A stretch of DNA of 64,000 bases, taken from the NCBI GenBank assembly GCA_013265495.1, contig MU058384.1, positions 3,581,239 to 3,645,238 on the forward strand. The letters run 5' to 3'. The position numbers and the translations under genes were made by a program. Position 1 is the stretch's first letter, and each line of letters starts with the position of its first letter. Under the pieces are notes generated by a model, which saw only the letters and a program-made list of their open reading frames with translations, searched no databases and was not told the DNA's origin. This document shows, piece after piece, positions 54,191-64,000 of the stretch. Source of the stretch: Vicugna vicugna. Lineage: Eukaryota.

Positions 54191-55259
54191 AGTGAGATGA
54201 GCTAATTGGACACACGAAAGAAATAGAAGAAAAACGGCAAAATGATATCAGAAATGAAGACAAAATTGCATGGTACCTAAAGAATAAATTTACACAAAAA
54301 TATAAGGGCATTAAAGACAGAAGAAACATAACCAAAGCAATGAAAATGAGATAAAGTAAAAAGTATCAGAAAGTGTTTGATACAGAAGACAACTAAGAGA
54401 GATCCAGTTTATGTTTAACTGGAGTCCCTGTAAGAAAGAAATGTAAATCAAGGAATTTATATTCAATTAAGCTGTCCTTTAAGCATCAAGGATATAGAGA
54501 ACTAATTTTAAATATGCAAGAGTTCCTGAGAAGCCTATACCCATGAACCTTTCTTGAGGAATTTACTAGAAGATAGACTTCATCAAACTAAAACATGGTA
54601 AGGAAAGTTTAGCATAAAGATTGATGATGAGCATTTAATACATTTAGTTATGTATACAAGACTAAAACAAAATTGGAAACAAGAGTGGAAGAGTAATATA
54701 TCACATAATGTGTATTAAATGTTATATGTTGCATGTTCTAATATAAATAAAATAAAAAATATAAATAAAACAACTCAATATCTGACACAAAAGAGAGGGT
54801 AAAAAGGAAATCAGAATAAGCTCATTGGTTGTTGTATATGCAATTAAGTAGGAGTTAAAATAAATGCCATTAAAAACTCACAAATCAGATAATAAATGGT
54901 TAATTTTTTTAAAGAGACTACTGATAAGGATAGCAGTGAATCTGTATATTGCTTTGGGGCCATTTAACAATATTAATTCTTCCATATTATGAAAAACTGT
55001 ATGGAACCAAAATGGATAACCTAGAGGAGATGGACAAGTTTCTGGAAACATAGAGTCCACCAAGACTGAATCAAGAAGAAACTGACCACTTCAACAAACC
55101 GATCACTAGAAATGAAATCAAATTAGCAATAAAAAACCTTCCTACAAATAAAAGTCCAGGACCGGATGGCTTCACTGGGAAATTCTACCAAACATACAAA
55201 GAAGAACTCATACCAGTCCTTCTCAAACTCTTTCAGAGGATTCAAAAAGAGGGAATACT

Positions 55260-55509
55260 NNNNNNNNNNNNNNNNNNNNNNNNNNNNNNNNNNNNNNNNN
55301 NNNNNNNNNNNNNNNNNNNNNNNNNNNNNNNNNNNNNNNNNNNNNNNNNNNNNNNNNNNNNNNNNNNNNNNNNNNNNNNNNNNNNNNNNNNNNNNNNNNN
55401 NNNNNNNNNNNNNNNNNNNNNNNNNNNNNNNNNNNNNNNNNNNNNNNNNNNNNNNNNNNNNNNNNNNNNNNNNNNNNNNNNNNNNNNNNNNNNNNNNNNN
55501 NNNNNNNNN
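55260..55509. other. Assembly gap (250 N)
   Basis: Run of N. Confidence 0.99.
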
Positions 55510-56872
55510 AAAGGACAAACATGATTATCTCAATAGATGCAGAAAAAGCTTTTGATAAAATTCAACATCCATTTATGATAAAAAAACTTTCACCAAAGTG
55601 GGTATAGAGGGAACACATCTCAACATAATAAAAGCTCTATATGACAAACCTACAGCCAGAATAGTAATCAACACTGAAAAACTCAAAAGCTTCCCACTAA
55701 AATCTGGGACAAGACAAGGCTGCCCACTATCACCACTCCTATTCAACACAGTCTTGGAAGTCCTAGCCACAGCAATCAGGCAAGAGAGAGAAATAAAAGG
55801 GATCCAGATTGGAAAAGAGGAGGTAAAAGTGTCTCTATATGCAGATGACATGATACTATATATAGAAAACCCTAAAAGGTCCACACAAAAACTACTAGAA
55901 ATAATCAAAGAATTCAGCAAGGTAGCAAGTTACAAGATTAATGTTCAAAAATTTCAGTTGCATTTCTTTATATTCATGATGAATCAACAGAAAAAGAAAG
56001 TAAAGAAATAATCCCCTTTAAAATAGCACCCAAAGTAATAAAATACCTAGGAATAAATCTAACCAAGGGGTTGAAAGATTTATACATGGAAAACTATAAA
56101 CCACTGATGAAGGAAATTAAGAAGACTTAAAAAAATGGAAAGATATCCCATGCTCCTGGATTGGAAGAATCAATATTGTTAAAATGGTCACACTGCCCAA
56201 GGCAATCTACAGATTTAATGCAATCCCTATCAAATTACCCAGGACATATTTCACAGAACTAGAACAAATCATAATAAAATTTACATGGAATCACAAAAGA
56301 CCTAGAATTGCCAAAACATTACTGAAGAAAAAGAAAAAAGCTGGAGGATTAACTCTCCCAGACTTCAGAGAATACTACAGAGCTACAGTAATCAAAACAG
56401 CATGGTATTGGTTAAAAAAAAAACAGACATATGGACCAATGGAACAGAATAGAGAGCCCAGTAATGAACCCACAAACTTTTGGTCAACTAATCTTTGACA
56501 AAGGAGGCAAGAATATACAATGGAATAAAGACAGTCTCTTCAGCAAATGGTGTTGGGAAAACTGGACAGCAGCATGTAAACAATGAAGCTAGAACACTCC
56601 CTTATACCACACACAAAAATAAACTCAAAATGGATCAAAGACTTAAACATAAGACAAGATACAATAAACCTCCTAGAAGAATACATAGACAAAACATTAT
56701 CTGACATACATCTCAAAAATGTTCTTCTAGGCAGTCTACTCAAGCAATAGAAATAAAAGCAAGAATAAACAAATGGGACCTAATGAAACTTACAAGCTTC
56801 TGCACAGCAAAGGAAACCATAAGTAAAACAAAACGACAACCTATGGAATGGGAGAAAATTTTTGCAAATGAA

Positions 56873-57121
56873 NNNNNNNNNNNNNNNNNNNNNNNNNNNN
56901 NNNNNNNNNNNNNNNNNNNNNNNNNNNNNNNNNNNNNNNNNNNNNNNNNNNNNNNNNNNNNNNNNNNNNNNNNNNNNNNNNNNNNNNNNNNNNNNNNNNN
57001 NNNNNNNNNNNNNNNNNNNNNNNNNNNNNNNNNNNNNNNNNNNNNNNNNNNNNNNNNNNNNNNNNNNNNNNNNNNNNNNNNNNNNNNNNNNNNNNNNNNN
57101 NNNNNNNNNNNNNNNNNNNNN
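56873..57121. other. Assembly gap (249 N)
   Basis: Run of N. Confidence 0.99.
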
Positions 57122-58906
57122 TGGGCATATATCCAGAAGGAACCCTACTTCAGGATGACACCTGCACCCCAATGTTCATAGCAGCACTATTTACAATAGC
57201 CAAGACATGGAGACAGCCTAAATGTCCATCAACAGGTGACTGGATAAAGAAGAGGTGGTATATTTATACAATGGAATACTACTCAGCCATAAAAACTGAC
57301 AACATAACGCCATTTGCAGCAACATGGATGTTCCTGGAGAATGTCATTCTAAGTGAAGTAAGCCAGAAAGAGGAAGAAAAATACCATATGAGATTGCTCA
57401 TATGTGGAATCTAAAAAAAAAACAAAACATAAATACAAAACAGAAACAGACTTATAGACATAGAATACAAACTTGTGGTTGCCATGGGGGTGGGGGGTGG
57501 GAAGAGACAGACTGGGATTTCAAAATGTAGAACAGATAAACAAGATTATACTGTATAGCACAGGGAAATATATACAAGATCTCATGGTAACTCACAGCAA
57601 AAAAAAAAATGTGACAATGAATATATATATGTTCCTGTATAACTGAAAAATTGTGCTCTACACTGGAATTTGACACAATATTGTAAAATGACTATAACTC
57701 AATAAAAAATGTTAAAAAAAACTGATAAAACTGCAAGGAGAAATAGACAAATCCACCAATAAATCATATATTTCAAAAACCTACCTCAACAATTGATAGG
57801 ACAAGTAGAAAATCAGTAAGAATATAGAAGACTTAAACAATATTAAGAAACAAATTCACCTAATTTATGTTTATAGAACACTTCACCCAACAGCAGCAGA
57901 ATATGCACTAACTTCAAGTTCACACAGAAATGTATTCCAGTCCATAAAACATCACAAAACTTAAAATGTATTCAAGTCAGAAGATGAATATTATTTGAAC
58001 ATAATGGAAATTAGAAAAAAGTAATAGAAATATATCAGGAAAATCCCCACACATTTGGAAACTAAGTAACAGACTTCTAAATAACACACGGGCCAAAGAA
58101 GAAACCTAATGAGAAATAATAGTCTTTTAATTTTAATGGAAATGAAAAAACACAACACATTAATCTGTAGTGTCAGTGCAATCACAATCAAAATCTCAGC
58201 AGAGTATTTTGTTTGTTTGTTTTTTGTTGTTGTTATTTGTTTTGAAGTTTTTTTTTAAGAAATTGAGACACTGATTCTAAAATTGATACAGAATTGTAAA
58301 GGACTTAAAATACCCAAAAGAACAAACGTGGAAAAACAAAGTTGAAAGACTATATACTACATGACTTCAAGATTTATTATAAAGCTAGTTATTAACATAC
58401 ACAGTATGATATTAACATAGAGACAGACAAATAGGTCAAAAGCATAGAATAAATTCTAGTGTAGAATAAATACATAAACAAAAACAAAAATAGATGCAAG
58501 TAGGGAAAAGGTAGGAACTTTATGGTTTAATTTTCTTCTTACTAGATGAGAGGGAAATAAAAGTCTTATTAAATGTTGCTTTTGTGACCTGGAGGGAAAA
58601 ATTACTGTCTTTCAAATTGAGAAATTTGTAGCCTTGGGGTTAAGTTACTATGATGTTAAGTTACTATAGTTCAGAGTCTAAAAGATAAGAAATTTCTTAA
58701 TTAAAAGAAATGAATCAGTGCAGGATGTCCAAGACTCTCAACAACTCTTCAACCAAAAGAAATAACTCCTTTTGTCACATATTTTACATTTTAGCCATCT
58801 ATTTAAGATTTCCTTTAATGAAAGATTTCTACTACTAAAAAAAGTATTAGAAATTATTTATTTGATCATAACGTTTTTCATCAATAAATTTGAAACAATT
58901 AAAAAA

Positions 58907-59425
58907 AATATTAATTCTTCCAATCCATGAGCATGGAGTATTTTTCCATTTATTTGTGTCTTCTTTAATTTCTTTCATTAATTTCAGTAATTTTCAACAT
59001 ATATGTATTTCACCTGCTATATTAAATTTATTCCTAGGTATTTTATTCTTTTTGATGCAATTACAAATGGGATGGTTTTCTTAATTTCTCTTTCTGATAG
59101 CTCGCTATTAGTATATAGAAATGCAACTAATTTTTGTGTATTGGTTTTGTATCCTGCAACTTTTACTGAATTTGTTTCTAATTAGTTCTAACAGTTTTTT
59201 TATGGAGTCTTTAGGGTTTTCTAGATGTAATATCATTTCATTTGCAAATAGTGACAACTTTACTTCTCCCTTTCAAATTTGGGTGCCTTTTATTTCTTTT
59301 TCTTGTCTAATTGTTCTGGGTAGAACTTCCTATATTATGTTGAATAAAAGCAGTAAGAATGGGCATCTCTGTCTTGTTCCTAATTTTAGAAGAAAAGCTT
59401 CTAACTTTTTACTGTTGAGAATGAT
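58907..59425 (-). mobile_element. Inverted ORF2 segment of an older L1, continuing 54922-54984
   Basis: Reverse complement covers the RT region from atcattctcaacagtaaaaagttagaagc through ctatttgcaaatgaaatgata to ccatgctcatggattggaagaattaatatt. Confidence 0.88.
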
Positions 59426-59430
59426 TGGTC

Positions 59431-60500
59431 TTCCAATGGCATTTTTTACAGAAATAGAACAAACAATCCTAAAATCTGTATGGAACCACAGAAGATCCTG
59501 AATAGCCAAAGTAATTTGCGAAAGAAGAACAAAGATGGAGGCATCATGCTTCCTGACTTCAATGCATTACAAAGCTATGGTAATTAAAACAGTATGGTAT
59601 TGGCATAAAAACACACAGAGATCAATGGAACAGAACAGAGAGCTCAGAAATAAACCCACACTTATATGATAAATTAATTTACAATAAAGGAGCCAAGAGT
59701 AAACAATGAGGAAAGGACAGTCTTTTTAATAAATAGCATTAGAAAAATGGACAGGCACATAGAGAAAAATGAAACTGGATCATTATTTTACAACATACAC
59801 AAAAATTTACTCAAAATGGATTAAAGACTTGAATGTAAGACCTGAAACCATAAAACTTCTAGAAGAAAATACAGGCAATAAGCTTCTTGACGTAAGTCCT
59901 GGTGATGATTTTTCAGACCTGACACCAAAAGCAAAAGCAAAAACAGCAAAAAGAAACAAGTAGGACTACATCAAACTGAAAAGTTTCTGTACAGTAAAGG
60001 AAGCCAGCAACAAAATGAAAAGGCAACCTACTGAATGGAAGAAAATATTTACAAAACATATCTCTAACGAGGGACTGATATCCAAAATATATAAAGAATT
60101 CACACAACTCAACAGTGAGAAAACAAATTATCCTGTTTTTAAAATGGGCAGAAGATCTGAATAGACATTTTCCCAGAGAAGACATACAGATGGCCAATAG
60201 GTACATGAAAAGGTGCTCAACATCATTTATCTAGAAAAATGCAAACCAAAACTACAATATCACCTCAAAACTGTTAGAATGGCTAATACAAAAGGCAAGA
60301 AATAATTGTTAGCAAGAATGCGGAGAAAAGGGAATCCTTGTTGGTGGGAATGTAAAGTCGTGTAGCCACTATGGAAAATAGTGTGGAGGTTCCTCAAAAA
60401 TTTAAAAATAGAATACCATATGATCCATCAATTCCACTTCTGGGTATTCAGCTGAAGAAAATAAAAACATTAACTCTAAAAGATACACGCATCCTCATGT
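59431..60500 (+). mobile_element. Sense ORF2 C-terminal segment of the same older L1 (3' UTR missing)
   Basis: Translates in pieces to [55 protein letters not shown], and reads ccatatgatccatcaattccacttctgggta near its end. Confidence 0.88.
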
Positions 60501-60692
60501 TTGGGCATCAGAACTGGAACTGAAGATGTAAAACCACCTTTATTTGCAGATGATATGATCATAAACTTGGAAACTCCTAAAGAATCAATAATCTTTAGAT
60601 AACAGAGAAACAGGTGCTTTCCAATGTTGACATGTGGGATGGAAACAAGTATATTTCTTATGGATGGGAATTTGGTAATATCTAACAGAATC

Positions 60693-60787
60693 ATATATAT
60701 ATATATATATATATGTTTATATGGTTTGTGTGTGTGTATGTGTGTGTATATATATATGTACATATATGTGTGTGTGTGTGTGTGTGT
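60693..60787 (+). repeat. Compound (TA)n/(TG)n microsatellite
   Basis: Read directly from the sequence. Confidence 0.93.
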
Positions 60788-61650
60788 ATTTACCTTTTAA
60801 TCCCTCAATCCCACTTCTAGGAGTAGACTCTGAAATTAATTCTCTAGTGATGTGAACATACATATATACAAAGTCATTTATTCATTTATAAAATATATGA
60901 AACAAGCTAAATGCCCATATATGGGAGAGTAGCTAAATAAAGTATAGCATAGCCACATAACGGAGTATTATGCAGAATGAAAAAGATCTCTATGAACTGA
61001 TATACAGTGATTTCCAAACTACTTTCTGAGCATTGTAAGGTAGCAAATAGGTAAATGTATTGTGAACAATAAGAATCAGAGGTCATAAATTTGGAAAAGG
61101 AGAAAAAGTAGAATGAACCCTGTGTGGTGTGGGATTAGAAATGGGAATATGAATAGAGATAGATATATTCATACATAGATACACATGTATACGCACATAC
61201 ATACACAGTTACATATGTACTATTCACAAACACACATACACTCATGCTGATTTTTTTCATCTATAACAATCTTAACCTTAACAGTCCATAGCCTTAGCCT
61301 ATAATTAAACCTGAAGAAATAAAATGTCACAGTTTTTAAAATCAAAATTTTAAAGATATTGGCTATTCAATCTATAGCATAGGAAGATATTACTCTAGGA
61401 ACAACTGTTAGGAAAAGTCTTTTAAATAGAGTAACCAGGCTAATCTTTAAATAGTAAAGAATTTATTCCTATATGTGGCCAGATCATAATAACAGAAAAA
61501 TAAAATATTAATCCCAGGGGCAAATATTCAAATGTGCCCAGACCATATTATTTTTATATTAGTAAGACAAACACATTATCCTTCATAAAAGCTGCAAAGA
61601 TGCAAATGCTACTTGATATTTCACACTGAAATATATCAAAAACCACTGAC

Positions 61651-61706
61651 CTTACAGTAAAATCATAGGAGCAAGAGGCCAGCACAGAAGCATGAAATGG
61701 TGAAAA
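61651..61706 (-). CDS. PEX7: PEX7 exon 8, 56 nt
   Basis: TTTTTGTAG|TTT...TAAG|GTCAGT; translates FSPFHASVLASCSYDFTV(R), phase 0 to phase 2. Confidence 0.95.
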
Positions 61707-63197
61707 CTACAAAAATCAAAAACAAAAAACTTTCTGGGGTTAACTGTAATTATAACGTGCTATCTCATGTGGTCATTCTCATGAACATTATAATAAATCA
61801 AAGTTTAGTCAAGACTGTCACTTAAAATCATGCTTTTCAAAACCTTATATGCTTCAATTCAAGGCAAAAAGCTTCTAGACTTTTAAATACCCATCTATAG
61901 GAAAAACAGTTGTTTTCACATTCTTCAAAGAAAGTCATCTCTCAAGACTTTTAGAGTTTATTTTAGAATATTTCCAAAATGTTGTTATTCTGGAAAAATA
62001 AAATACAATTTCATATCCAAAAAGGAGTCCTAAAAATACAAGAGATTTAAGATACTGCATATATATAATTATGTAATTTACCAATTTTATGAATACATAT
62101 TATGATCGCCATTACCACAAATATCAAATAAACATTCAAATGTTAAACAATTTTAAATAATTTTCTTGTATGTATATCATAGCTAATGATATCAAGGTCA
62201 AAAACCACAAATTTAAAGACAAGTAATATCTTATATAAATAATAAACATGCTTTAATAGGTTATGCTTTGCAATTTTATTTCTTCAGTGTTTTTCTTACC
62301 AGTACTTGAGTGGTTATATACATATATATAATTACATTTGAATGCGCTTTATAATTTGTGAAATACTTTCACTACATTACCTACCCTATTTCATTCTCAG
62401 AAGCACAATGAAATATATGAAGAAAATATTTTTTTCACTACTAAATCCTGGGTGCCATTTTAAAAAAATAAAACAGGCACTGTTTCTCATATGTTGAATT
62501 GTAACCAGCAAAATTTAAAATATTAACTGCAATTTAGAATTTTTAAAATAGGAATAATATAATTATCTTAATGAAAAGATCAAAAAGTACATTCTTACCC
62601 TGAATGTAAAGCACAAAGAATGAAATTGGGAGATATCTTTTAATAAGATGTTTTCCACAGTGACAGCAAAATTTACCTAAATAGAAGCTGGGAAACTAAC
62701 TTACGTCACTTTAGAACCTGACAAAATTGGGGAGAGCAGCAGAAAGAAGTTACCTCATCCTCTGCTGTTTGCAAAGTGGAAAATTTTCTATACCCTAAAC
62801 TTTGTAAACATTCATACATACAATCATGCTGGGGAAAAGAGAGAATTAACCATCTCTCTGTATGAGTTTCAACAAAGTAAAGTGACCTCCTTCCACTGAA
62901 TAGAAAATTATAAAAAATATAATACGAAGAGTAAATTACTATAGTTTAAAAATACTAAAGTAATAGTAGATGGGGATGACAGAATGAGAAAAACATTTTT
63001 ATTTAATTGTAAGTACTGACTGACTACATTGTTCCAACTCATTCAATAATTATTCAAATATTTTACCTAATTTTAGCTTTCAATGTTCATAATCACTAAT
63101 TGGATAACAAAACCATGCATAAGAAAGAATCGATAACCCCATCCCCTGAACACCATTTACATATACTTCATTGATGGTATTTATATCTATATTTTTA

Positions 63198-63434
<237 letters not shown>

Positions 63435-64000
63435 TTATTTAATCTGAATTCAGGAGTCACTCTTGAAAAGTTATATAACAGTAGAGAAAGGAATCAAAAT
63501 ATACACCATGAAGCAAAAATTAGTATGATTTGAAAAAAAGGAACTCAGTATGCTTTATGTATATAATGGAACACTATACACAACAAAAAAAGGCATAGTC
63601 TCAAACAGTACTGTAGATTTTCAAATCTGCTTGTAATAGTGTTAATAAGTACATTAACATATTAAGAATTATACCTGACAAATAAGCCCATCTTTCTCTG
63701 CAGCATGCTCTAAGTTTTACTAGGCATTAAAAGGCAAAGGGACTGCTAATTTACGAATATTTGAAAGCATGAAGGGTATAAATTAAATTTTTATATGTTT
63801 TTCTAAATCTAAATCAACCATCACTCTCAACTCTCATTGGCCATGTCTTAATATAAAATCTAATTCTATCTGAGAATATATGCAAAAATGGTAAGTCTTC
63901 TATCTTGTCAGGTTTTACAAATTCTGCTATCTAGAACCTGAGATGAGTCCAGAGATTCTGGCTCAATAGTCCAAGAGCCAGGTCCATACTCAGCCCCATT

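Larger units (their letters stand above)
54985..57721 (+). mobile_element. Young 5'-truncated L1 (ORF2 RT and C-terminal region plus 3' UTR), frameshifted, containing two assembly gaps
   Basis: Starts YYEKLYGTKMDNLEEMDKFLET; contains [41 protein letters not shown] and MEYYSAIK; AATAAA at 57701 and an A-run to 57721. Confidence 0.95.

Noticed and set aside
55123..57414. Intact L1 ORF2 or long ORFs spanning the X runs
   Set aside because: The element is 5'-truncated with several frameshifts, and the ORF lengths are artefacts of the N gaps.
54920..57728. Alternative 8-bp TSD ACTGATAA (54920-54927 and 57721-57728) around the young L1
   Set aside because: The left copy is part of the inverted older L1 (reverse complement ccttatca, matching ORF2 ccctatca) and lies about 60 bp from the truncation point. 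The 16-bp duplication with a poly(A) signal and tail explains the structure better.

Overview
Mammalian genomic DNA, most likely a camelid (four copies of a vic-1-like tRNA-derived SINE). It holds the complete two-exon SLC35D3 gene (minus strand, CDS 13382-12944 + 11911-11082, 422 aa, inside a CpG island) and the last four coding exons (7-10) of PEX7 (minus strand). This is the PEX7-SLC35D3 tandem order also known from human 6q23. The rest is intronic or intergenic DNA rich in L1, L2, MIR, MaLR/ERVL LTRs, MER5 and microsatellites, with two N gaps of about 250 nt. I found no new gene system, and most short ORFs in the track are spurious. The most notable unexplained structure is in PEX7 intron 8. 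A young 5'-truncated L1 plus about 1.2 kb of downstream DNA, ending in its own AATAAA and A-tail, is bracketed by a perfect 16-bp duplication (54969-54984 / 58907-58922). This is the signature of an L1 3' transduction, and it landed inside an older 5'-inverted (twin-primed) L1. Repeat family names come from recognising consensus-like sequence by eye, not from a database search.
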